Source of the DNA: an uncultured archaeon
GTDB taxonomy: Archaea; Asgardarchaeota; Lokiarchaeia; Sigyniarchaeales; SOKP01
Reading direction: 5' to 3'
NCBI GenBank assembly: GCA_964388035.1
Contig: CAYLZE010000008.1
Coordinates: forward strand, 3,176 to 67,175
DNA: 64,000 nucleotides
The first letter of the stretch is position 1; each line of letters begins with the position of its first letter. The notes under the pieces were generated by a model. That model was not told where the DNA came from. It did no database searches and saw only the letters and a list, made by a program, of their open reading frames with translations. A program made the position numbers and the translations under genes. Below, piece by piece: positions 42,401 through 50,563 of this stretch.

Positions 42401-43601
42401 AAGTAATTCCATCCCCTTTAAAAGAATCTATCAAAATCGAACCTAAATATTGAGAATAATCAGGAGATATCATAGTTTTTTGTAATCCATCGCTATCCCG
42501 CACGATAGAATTATTAGACCTGTAAAGACTAATATTTAATTTAACTCCAGAAGCCATCGTTCGATTTAACGTTCGTATCCAGGCATTAAATCCATTAATG
42601 GTCGTTCCTTCACCTCTCAAATCAAATTCTAATGCCACATAAGATTCACTAGTAATCGGAAGATCAAAAGCTAATGCTGCTTGCAAATCAAATTCGAATA
42701 ATGAGACATTAAAAGTGGAAGAATGATCCGTTCTGTTAAAATAGAACTGAATTAGAGAAATATCACTCGAATTAATGAAATCCAAATTGGTGTTTATGAA
42801 TCTCTCATCTATTTGCTGGGTTATGGGAAGACTACTATTTATTGGAATAATATCGGTTATATTAATCCATGCGCCTTGAGTGACGTTCCAAGCTTTAATG
42901 GTAAGATTTGCATCTAAAGTGATATTGAATTTTATGGAGAGGAGAAATCCAAGAATTTCTGTACGATTAAACACGGTTTCCACGGTTCCACTTGGGGGGA
43001 CATTATCAGTTGAGGTAGATTTGGAAAAATTCGCATTAATAGAAAAATTTAAAGCTCCATTTTGAGAAGTAAGGTTCCAATAAGTGATAAGATTAGAAAT
43101 GGCTGTAAAATCTTCGTTTAATGGATTTTGACCTTCAAGTAGATTCAGACCCGATGTTGGTTTATTATATGGATATAAAATCATCTTGCTAGGATCCAAA
43201 CTGGTTAAAGCATTGTCATTTTCAATGACATGTTCCGTGGTGTAATTATTATTGAACGTGAAATTAAAATCTCCATGACTGAGATTCATGTAATTATCGG
43301 GGACGGATATATTAAAAGATCCCAAATTATTATTGGAATAGGATTGATTTACAAAATAAGTCCTAATAGTTTGATTATCACCGTGTCCAGTAATACTTTC
43401 ATTTGCTTTTAAATTAGAATTGGAACTGGTAAGATCATTTTTATTATATTCTTTATCAGGAATAGAAGAATCATTATTAATCGATTCTTGATTTGGATTC
43501 AACATTCCAAAATTGTTAAATTGACTAAGAGTTGTTAATAAGAAAATTGCTACGATAAAACTTACACTAAAGACCTTAAAAGCTTTTTTTTTCGATAGCA
43601 A
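39441..43601 (-). CDS. Large (1386 aa) membrane-anchored extracellular glycoprotein
   Basis: N-terminal basic + hydrophobic signal; numerous N-x-S/T sequons; Ig/CARDB-like unit near the C-terminus; TM VVMTVSILIGIGGIWLFTIWY; Lys/Glu-rich tail. Confidence 0.8.
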   Translation of the reverse strand: MLSKKKAFKVFSVSFIVAIFLLTTLSQFNNFGMLNPNQESINNDSSIPDKEYNKNDLTSSNSNLKANESITGHGDNQTIRTYFVNQSYSNNNLGSFNISVPDNYMNLSHGDFNFTFNNNYTTEHVIENDNALTSLDPSKMILYPYNKPTSGLNLLEGQNPLNEDFTAISNLITYWNLTSQNGALNFSINANFSKSTSTDNVPPSGTVETVFNRTEILGFLLSIKFNITLDANLTIKAWNVTQGAWINITDIIPINSSLPITQQIDERFINTNLDFINSSDISLIQFYFNRTDHSSTFNVSLFEFDLQAALAFDLPITSESYVALEFDLRGEGTTINGFNAWIRTLNRTMASGVKLNISLYRSNNSIVRDSDGLQKTMISPDYSQYLGSILIDSFKGDGITYFDLSSINAVNLGIGNYFIVINSSSSDLIYSLVTIPSDASIGDGKLEQQLKRTTNNGVTWTNAKKLIETTSTPYTSTQLDASSFELNVTRGYMPSDFNGELRIQNLTLVDQRIDVYPYNESNVNIMEWGSGRWLHDLTDYIEADRFNTLFVNFTGYITLTKGLLFNVTYLAKIYRYENVTALFKIYYNDIPLWTLNDTLDPNQYYPNWNFTEYWFIFPNYWTPLNLTTPNPLDGDVLDQIGSASELSDDPLFNKLILTTALINVSMPVYNGSYVLNLTSYNSINQMHSFINFEGILWETEGFMYGDNVSLSVYIQDEFGIAPDGGSVNATLFYPNNTRVPTAELFSNNGVLIDSLLKYDFSNNTIINITTSIPILGRYQIGFFWTNGTAIGCKKVFIQINDYEVDLTGATFYPEVGSNVLEGNFITRILNKYSILMATVNETTGTNRPDYYTISNLSINQLFSYELGSLDFDVSLNSFRQNESILNPGEEITFKILLQNRDDITDLNVRIKVQLLSLANDQWIIAENSSDTVLLKYFGNNQDSIMYNLSMMMPQYDPATKSWKGVNCPMRLGGVKTRVLIYIEGKNVGYFDSPQYSLITLADEHDFEGEIISTKTSFNTSSNTITKVFERDECLYSPKKTYFIVNLFDENYMSILISSNISNIFKINSKFVNITYTPQNPIEGDTVTISSIMETEFNEILAGKIVSCEYFDGTSWINITGVRSDSEGILEFEIDTVPLYIMEDFKFRLYWPGDSNFLSKSHEIPINITSEFNELSLGFDVLPNQAVYRNENGTLTFAILNTGNSTVSILETNIALEKGINFTIVAINNYELARLKPGESTSITIDFFVPDTTYDLLNITVTIKGQNVLSKQIVRTEGKTSLDILDPPFPSVVMTVSILIGIGGIWLFTIWYARKLIRKIETPLEKAKPKVKKVKGKYVKVSELKTDETKKVPSEEKPTVEKEAKKEEKEAKVKLDDLLKKEGLDKE

Positions 43602-43769
43602 TCTTAAAATACCTAAAGTGTTTAGATTATTTTTTTATAAAATCCTTCATTTCATTAAAAATTTCCTAATACGAGTCTAAGCATGAGCGGGGAAATTTGT
43701 ACAAAATTTTATTATCAATAATTTCATTTTTTAACCTAACTTAACTCTGTATGAAATATAGGATTTATA

Positions 43770-45122
43770 ATGAGCGAAGAAATTATAATTAAAGAAATTG
43801 AGGAAAATACGGAAGAGTATATTACTTTTCTTCAAGAATTGATTCAAACTAATTCCTATAATCCACCCGGAAATGAAAATAGTGTTGCTGTAAAAATAAA
43901 GGAATATCTTGAAAAAGATGGAATCAAATGCGATGTTTATCCTTTTGGAGATAATCGGGCTAACGCAATTGCTTATTTAAATGAAAATTTTGATTATAAA
44001 AATCTCTTATTCAATGCCCACATGGATGTCGTACCTCCCGGGGAAGAATCGGAATGGAAAAATCCCCCATTATCAGCTAATATTAAGCGAAAAAAGATGC
44101 TATTTGGTAGAGGCGCAACAGATATGAAGGGCGGTCTTGCTGCAATGGTCATTGCCCTTAAAATCTTGAAGAAGTTAAACTTGTCTCTCAAGGGTAATTT
44201 AATACTTAATGCCGTGGCAGACGAAGAAATGGGGGGAATATTAGGTACAAAATGGTGCTTAGAGAATAAGCTAAATTCATTCAAGTTTGATTTTACTGTC
44301 GTGGGTGAGCCAACGGGAATTAATCCTCTGCCTAAAGCTGTAGTCGTTGGAGAAAGGGGACACTTAATTCTAAAAGTAATCGCAAATGGGATTTCTGCCC
44401 ATTCTTCCATGCCTTCTTTAGGAAAAAATGCGATATACATGATGAGTGAACTCATGCAAGCACTCGATAAAGTAAATAATTATATTCCTGATTTAAAGCC
44501 ACCATTATCTCTAGAAAAATTAAAAAGTCTTATGAGTAAAGCCTTCCCGAGTAGAGAGATATTCGAAAATATTCTATCCGATCAAGAACTTTTACAAAAT
44601 TTGCTCCAATCCTTAGTCACCTTCACTAAGAGTGTCAATATGATTAAAGGGGGAATTAAAGAAAATGTAGTTCCCGATAAATGTGAAGTCCTGATTGATT
44701 TTCGGCTCTTACCGGGACAAAAAGTCGAAGATATTTTCCACGGAATGAGAACTCTAATCGAGAAAGATTTACACTATAAGGTAGTTGAACTTGAAGAAGT
44801 CAAGCCGAACGAGCCATCGTTTACATTAGAAAGCGCAGGTGAGTCGGAAGGTTCTTATTGGCGAGACTGGGAAAACTCTCCCATCTTAAAGGATTTCATG
44901 AAGATAACTGAAGAAATTTACATGAAAACCCCCTTCATCTTGCTGTATCCTGCCGCAGCGGACGCCCATTATCTTAGAAATGATGGATATTGCCCAAGCA
45001 CGATCCTATTTGGTCCCGGAAGTGCGGGTACGGCTCATGCTATTGATGAATACATTGAAATAAAAGATTTTATTGATTCCATTAAGGTATATGCATTATT
45101 TGCATTTAAATTTCTTAAATAG
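43770..45122 (+). CDS. M20 family metallopeptidase (ArgE/DapE-like)
   Basis: NAHMDVVP, GRGATDMKGG, ADEE.GG, GEPT, AHSS.P..G.NAI, AHAIDE. Confidence 0.93.
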   Translation: MSEEIIIKEIEENTEEYITFLQELIQTNSYNPPGNENSVAVKIKEYLEKDGIKCDVYPFGDNRANAIAYLNENFDYKNLLFNAHMDVVPPGEESEWKNPPLSANIKRKKMLFGRGATDMKGGLAAMVIALKILKKLNLSLKGNLILNAVADEEMGGILGTKWCLENKLNSFKFDFTVVGEPTGINPLPKAVVVGERGHLILKVIANGISAHSSMPSLGKNAIYMMSELMQALDKVNNYIPDLKPPLSLEKLKSLMSKAFPSREIFENILSDQELLQNLLQSLVTFTKSVNMIKGGIKENVVPDKCEVLIDFRLLPGQKVEDIFHGMRTLIEKDLHYKVVELEEVKPNEPSFTLESAGESEGSYWRDWENSPILKDFMKITEEIYMKTPFILLYPAAADAHYLRNDGYCPSTILFGPGSAGTAHAIDEYIEIKDFIDSIKVYALFAFKFLK

Positions 45123-45207
45123 AATTCATATTGAATTATTACATGTAAAAATTGATATACACGTAATTATATTTATTTTTTATATTAATTGTAAACTGAA
45201 GTAGAAT

Positions 45208-46386
45208 TTGCGAGACACTACCAAAGTAGAAGACTGTGTTGCCTTACTTGATGTTTCACGTTCAATGTTAAAAACAGACTTCAAACCGAATAGATTAAAT
45301 AATGCAATTGAGACCTTAAAAAATTTCATTCACTCCAAGTTATCCTTGGATCCAAGCGATAAAATTGCCCTTATCACGTTTGGTGGGAATGCGAAAAGAT
45401 TAGTACCTTTTACAAATGAAGAAACTATTTTGATAAATTCATTCCAAAAAATTCGCGTGAGTGGAAGGGGTAACATATCTCAAGGAATTTCTTTTTCTAT
45501 CCAATTATTAATAAAGGAAATGCAAAAGCTAGGAGGAAAAATTTCAAGAATCTTCATTCTCACGGATAATAAAATAATTGAAGAAGATGGAAAATTAAAC
45601 GAAATTGTTGAAGTAGCAAAGGGATTGGGCGTTTATGTGGATGTGTGTCAAATAGGGAAAACAGAGGATTATCGTCAAAGCAAATTGAAACTCCTAACTC
45701 GGCAGACCGGAGGGGAATATGGATATTTCAATAATACTAAAGCGTTAGTCAATTCTGGAAAATCATTCGCTTCCAAAAAAGAATTAAAATTTTCACGCGA
45801 TTATTTCGCTCGGGATAATAAAAGTGAAAACGCGCCCTTATTAAATGAGATCGCCCTACCATTAAAGCGACCCTCTGTTTTAGAATTAAAAGCCATGATA
45901 AATAGTCACGATACGGATTTAGAAAAATGTCAGATATGTCATTCCATGAAATCTCCGGTAACTAATGCCGATCTCTATTCCGAGGGGCGCATATGCCCTT
46001 CATGTGAGCATCCCATGCATTTATCGTGTGCAGCCATGTGGGCAAAGGGGACAGAATATTCCGAAAGCGTGTTTCGATGCCCGTTCTGTTATTACCTATT
46101 AAAAATACCTACCTCCGCCCTCAAGATTGCTGAGATAAGGCAAGCCAATGCTCAAAACACTACTAAAGACACTTTGAAAGAACATAAACAAACAAGAATG
46201 AAATTAATCCCTAATGAAGAAGTTGAATCGATTTACGGTTCGTGTAGTTATTGTCGAAATATATTCATGGGAGAGCACGATGTATATCAATGCGAGCAGT
46301 GCGGGGCTTATTATCACGAACCTTGTCTCCAAAAAATGTTCAAAGAGCTAAAAAGTTGCCGTAATTGTGGTGCTCAAATAGTATAA
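45208..46386 (+). CDS. vWA (Ssl1/Rpn10-like) protein with two C4HC3 RING-type zinc fingers
   Basis: DVSRSM..TDFKPNRL, TRQTGGEY; CQIC..CPSC..H..C..W..CPFC; CSYC..CEQC..H..C..CRNC. Confidence 0.8.
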   Translation: MRDTTKVEDCVALLDVSRSMLKTDFKPNRLNNAIETLKNFIHSKLSLDPSDKIALITFGGNAKRLVPFTNEETILINSFQKIRVSGRGNISQGISFSIQLLIKEMQKLGGKISRIFILTDNKIIEEDGKLNEIVEVAKGLGVYVDVCQIGKTEDYRQSKLKLLTRQTGGEYGYFNNTKALVNSGKSFASKKELKFSRDYFARDNKSENAPLLNEIALPLKRPSVLELKAMINSHDTDLEKCQICHSMKSPVTNADLYSEGRICPSCEHPMHLSCAAMWAKGTEYSESVFRCPFCYYLLKIPTSALKIAEIRQANAQNTTKDTLKEHKQTRMKLIPNEEVESIYGSCSYCRNIFMGEHDVYQCEQCGAYYHEPCLQKMFKELKSCRNCGAQIV

Positions 46387-46519
46387 TGATTTTCGATATT
46401 TGACAATACTTGTTAAGATGCTTGAGAAAATATTAGATTGATAATTTTAATAGAAAAATCTTATTTTATTTAATTTATTACCTTTTTCATCTAAATCTAA
46501 TTTTGTAGTTATTAAGAGG

Positions 46520-48583
46520 TTGATTACGATGCCTAACGAGGATAAACGAAAATGGGTGGTGACTTCGGCTTGGCCTTATGTAAACGCTACACCGCATTTA
46601 GGCACGATGGTCGGAAGTGTCTTATCTGCTGACGTTTTTGCCAGATTCCTACGATTATTGGGAGATGAAGTGGTGTTTGTTTCGGGATCCGATGTTCATG
46701 GAACTCCCGTGGCAGTAGAGGCAAAAAAGCAAGGGATTTCTGCTGAGGAATTAGCGGAAAGAAATCACGAAATAACCGCTTCATTATTCAAGCGTTGGAA
46801 TATATCTTATGATAATTACACGCAAACCCATAATCCAACCCATATTGAATTTTGTCAAGATTTTTATCTTGAAGTGCAAAAAAATGGGTTCGTGGAAGAG
46901 AAGGAAATCGAATCGTTATATTGTGAAAAGGATGCCATGTATCTCCCAGATAGATTCGTAGAAGGGGAATGTCCTTATTGTGGAGCAGAAAATGCAAGAG
47001 GGGATCAATGTGATAAATGTCAAAAATTATTAACTCCTTTAGAATTAGTAAAACCTCGATGTGCGATTTGTGGTAATCCTCCTGTTATTCAGAAAACTAG
47101 ACACTGGTATTTACTTTTTCCAAAACTACAAGATCAATTGAAAGCGTTTATTGAACAAAATGAGATCATTCCACAAAATGCCAAGCAATTATGTCTCAAT
47201 AGTATTGAAGAAGGATTGCCCGAACGTGCTATCACCCGAGATCTGGAATGGGGCATTCCAGCAAAATTCAAGGGAGCTGAGGGTAAAACTATTTATGTTT
47301 GGTTTGAAGCAGTACTGGGATACATTTCTGCAGTAAAGGAGTGGGCGGATAAGATACTTAAAGTGCCCGAAAAATTCGATTACTTCTGGAAGGATCCTAA
47401 CACGAGAACGGTTTATTTTATTGGAAAGGATAATATCATTTTTCATTTGATTGTTTTTCCGGGACTTATAATGGCTTACAATAAAAATAAAAAGAAAGAT
47501 GAAAGACTGGTGCTTCCCTATAACGTTTCTTCAACGGAATTTCTCATGTATGAAAATGATAAGTTTTCTAAATCCAGAGGAGTAGGAATATGGATTGATG
47601 AAGCATTGGAATTAGCCCCTTTAGACTATTGGCGGTTCAATTTGATTTATAACAGACCCGAAAAGAGCGATACGTCTTTTTTATGGTCTGAATTTGAAAA
47701 TGATATTAAGATGCTAAATGATGTGATTGGAAACTTCATCCACCGCACGTTAACTTTTATCAATAAGCAATTCAAGAGCAAAATTCCCGAACAATTAAGC
47801 TTCGATGAAAAAGATAAGGCGTTCGCAGTAAAAATTAATTCTATCGCTAAAACTATTGGAAACTTGATGGAGCAATTTGAATTAAGAAATGCTCTCCGAG
47901 AGATCGTTAATTTTGCGCGAGACGGAAATGTCTATTTAAACGATAAAGCGCCATGGCATCTGATTAGCAAGGAGAAAACTTTAGCGGGACAAGTTTTTAA
48001 CTTATGCGGACAGGCAGTTTATGCTCTTGCAGTTCTACTAGCACCATTTATACCGGATACATCGCAGAGGATCTTAGAATATTTGAATTATTCTAAGGGA
48101 TTGGATCACATTGAGTGGAATAGCATATCAGAAAAAGTATTGGAAAATGGGCATTCAATAAAGAAACCACAACCGTTATTTACAAAATTAGATATTGATG
48201 AATTGAAAGAAAAACTAAATGACATTAGGAAGGATAAAAGTAAAATGGTAGAAAAACAGGAAGATATTTCATATAATGAATTTAAAAGATTGGATATCAG
48301 AATTGCTCAAATACTCGAAGTCGAATCCGTTCCAAAAACAGAGCATTTATTAAAATTGACCATTGATATTGGTACAGAAAAAAGAACTCTAGTAGCAGGG
48401 TTGGCTCAACATTATAAACCAAATGAATTAATTAACAAAAAAATTGTTGTTCTTACAAATTTAGAACCGAAAAAACTGAGAGGAATAACAAGTCAAGGGA
48501 TGCTTTTAGCTGCAGTAGAAGGAGATAAGGTAGCTATTTTAACACCTGATTCAGAAATTCCCCCGGGAGCCAAGATAGAATAG
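46520..48583 (+). CDS. metG: Methionine--tRNA ligase with C-terminal tRNA-binding (Trbp111-like) domain
   Basis: SAWPYVN..PHLG, Zn knuckles, YVWFEA, GKDN..FH, KFSKS, SQGMLL. Confidence 0.97.
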   Translation: MITMPNEDKRKWVVTSAWPYVNATPHLGTMVGSVLSADVFARFLRLLGDEVVFVSGSDVHGTPVAVEAKKQGISAEELAERNHEITASLFKRWNISYDNYTQTHNPTHIEFCQDFYLEVQKNGFVEEKEIESLYCEKDAMYLPDRFVEGECPYCGAENARGDQCDKCQKLLTPLELVKPRCAICGNPPVIQKTRHWYLLFPKLQDQLKAFIEQNEIIPQNAKQLCLNSIEEGLPERAITRDLEWGIPAKFKGAEGKTIYVWFEAVLGYISAVKEWADKILKVPEKFDYFWKDPNTRTVYFIGKDNIIFHLIVFPGLIMAYNKNKKKDERLVLPYNVSSTEFLMYENDKFSKSRGVGIWIDEALELAPLDYWRFNLIYNRPEKSDTSFLWSEFENDIKMLNDVIGNFIHRTLTFINKQFKSKIPEQLSFDEKDKAFAVKINSIAKTIGNLMEQFELRNALREIVNFARDGNVYLNDKAPWHLISKEKTLAGQVFNLCGQAVYALAVLLAPFIPDTSQRILEYLNYSKGLDHIEWNSISEKVLENGHSIKKPQPLFTKLDIDELKEKLNDIRKDKSKMVEKQEDISYNEFKRLDIRIAQILEVESVPKTEHLLKLTIDIGTEKRTLVAGLAQHYKPNELINKKIVVLTNLEPKKLRGITSQGMLLAAVEGDKVAILTPDSEIPPGAKIE

Positions 48584-48584
48584 C

Positions 48585-49832
48585 TCATACTTTTAAAGAA
48601 AAAATCGGAGTTAATTTAGCTAGAATTTCTCCTAATTCTAGATACATGGACTTTAAAACCACAGCTCTCCCACGATATTTGAACTCCAGGTCTGCAACAT
48701 CGCGAATTATCTTTAACCTCTCTGCTTTTGATAAGGAACAGACAAAATATCTCTGATCTTTATATTCCATGACCTCAATTACATTTTTTATATCTGGTAA
48801 TGCATATCCTCCTCCGTGTGGTAGGATATTGGCATTTACCAGTTGATCTGAAACTTCTAATTCTTTTGCTTGGAGATCAAAATTTAAACTTTTTATGATT
48901 GTTGACGAGAAATTCGGTTTACCTTTTAATAAATAACAGGAAATATTTGCCCTTAAAGCAACGGGGAAAATGCTCGATTGGACATAACCACTCATTAAAT
49001 CCGTACAATTAGCTCCTAAATACATATTATTAAAGTCATTTAAAAATTGATGGAATTGATTGCTGATTGCTTGATATTTACCAAAAATGTGTTCTGCTAT
49101 TAATTCTCTTTTAACTTTTGAGAATTTACTTACTTTTTGATTGAAGCGGTAATAGTCTTTTGCATTTGAATCTAAAAGCAGATGTTGGATTGTTCCAAAT
49201 ACCGTTGATTCTCTTATAGAAAGATCCTTTAAAGTCTGTGATTTGTCCACGTAAAGGCCCATGCCATATGTATCATCCTTAAATTCGGGTACAGAACCGT
49301 GAATGAAGAATATATAGGGAGGTAACTTAATATCAGAATAATTTTGTATTTTAAAGCAATTTATAAAGTGATTTGAAACATTAAAATCCCACGTGATTTT
49401 AATATCCCATCCATTTAATGAATAGTAAAGAGGGGAAGTTTTTATTTCGTCAATTTTTTTTATAATTTCTAACGCTTCTGGCTTTTCCTCCAAACCACCC
49501 ACTAAAATTCCACAATAATTTGGTTTTGTATTAAGAAATATGGCATGTTCTTTTCCATTTCCCCAGTTCAGTTTTCCTCCATATCCAAATCCGGAATTCC
49601 AACGGAATGGATTCTTTGAGATGGTCTCATCGGGGGAGGAAATAAAGCAAGCTTTAGGGGTAAACCCGTATTTTTCTTGAATAAGGTGAATTTGAGCCAA
49701 GCCATAAGCCATGTTCTTTTTACATAAAATAGAAGCACCATCATTAATTCCCGTAGAAAAAATGAATCTACTGGCTCTGTTCAATAATTCTGATTTAGAT
49801 AATTTCACTAAGTTCTGTGTTGCGATGGAAAT
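48585..49832 (-). CDS. Highly divergent RtcB-fold (RNA ligase/guanylyltransferase-like) protein; probable ATT start at 49832 (tracked GTG 49808)
   Basis: Colinear RtcB motifs: PD, YCG, SNHF, IHGS, HQ, PHGGG, YR...VV, L.P...K at the C-terminus. Confidence 0.7.
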   Translation of the reverse strand: MSIATQNLVKLSKSELLNRASRFIFSTGINDGASILCKKNMAYGLAQIHLIQEKYGFTPKACFISSPDETISKNPFRWNSGFGYGGKLNWGNGKEHAIFLNTKPNYCGILVGGLEEKPEALEIIKKIDEIKTSPLYYSLNGWDIKITWDFNVSNHFINCFKIQNYSDIKLPPYIFFIHGSVPEFKDDTYGMGLYVDKSQTLKDLSIRESTVFGTIQHLLLDSNAKDYYRFNQKVSKFSKVKRELIAEHIFGKYQAISNQFHQFLNDFNNMYLGANCTDLMSGYVQSSIFPVALRANISCYLLKGKPNFSSTIIKSLNFDLQAKELEVSDQLVNANILPHGGGYALPDIKNVIEVMEYKDQRYFVCSLSKAERLKIIRDVADLEFKYRGRAVVLKSMYLELGEILAKLTPIFSLKV

Positions 49833-49902
49833 GAAAGATCCACCTCCGTAGTTTTATTTATGTACAATTAAGTATTTATATATACGCATTATATATTTAA
49901 GA

Positions 49903-50553
49903 TTGACCGTGTTAAATTACAATATGGACCAGAATATGGTTTTGTATGACGATTTCAAAGGTATCCTATCGAATGGATCTTTTACTGGTTGTTCAATCAT
50001 AACGAAATGTCAGGATTCATCTAATTCCATCATTTTTTCTGATAACATAACCATTTCGGAAGATCAGAAAATTGTGATTAAAGAGGGATTGAAAATTGGT
50101 TTTAGTTTAAATTTAAATAAGGAAACCGCTTTTTCTGAAAAGAGAGATTTTACCTGGGAAGAAGATTTTACTTCTTTAGAATATTCCGTATTAATTCCCG
50201 AACGTGTCATGGAATTATACGATGAAGGGCGATTTTCTGAATCATATCCTTTCACTATTAATTTATTGCATACTGCGGGGCTTTTTTTTCGAACAGCAAA
50301 TGGAGGAAATTTAAACCATCTGGATTTTGTTATTGGAGAAATAATAAAAAATCCCATTTGTTTAATCGAAAATGGGATTATAGTAGCAGATAGAGTTGTT
50401 ATTGATGATAGAGGAGATCCCGTTTTTTATGATTGCATTATAGTTGGGAGAGACCAAGAAGATAATCTTTCTGTTTCATATGAACCATTTGCAAACGTTT
50501 CAGAAGGACTGATTTACATAATCATTTTAGGAAAAGAATCCTTAAGGGAATGA
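49903..50553 (+). CDS. Hypothetical beta-rich acidic protein, possible two-fold internal repeat
   Basis: IIFSDNITISEDQKIVIKEGLKIG vs IIVADRVVIDDRGDPVFYDCIIVG; 10 nt upstream of the ATPase gene. Confidence 0.6.
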   Translation: MTVLNYNMDQNMVLYDDFKGILSNGSFTGCSIITKCQDSSNSIIFSDNITISEDQKIVIKEGLKIGFSLNLNKETAFSEKRDFTWEEDFTSLEYSVLIPERVMELYDEGRFSESYPFTINLLHTAGLFFRTANGGNLNHLDFVIGEIIKNPICLIENGIIVADRVVIDDRGDPVFYDCIIVGRDQEDNLSVSYEPFANVSEGLIYIIILGKESLRE

Positions 50554-50563
50554 AAATATTTGA

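Noticed and set aside
43994-44455. Long antisense ORFs (also 57564..58037, 60704..61213, 13006..13374, 19802..20161 and others)
   Set aside because: They are shadow frames opposite well-supported genes and carry no motifs
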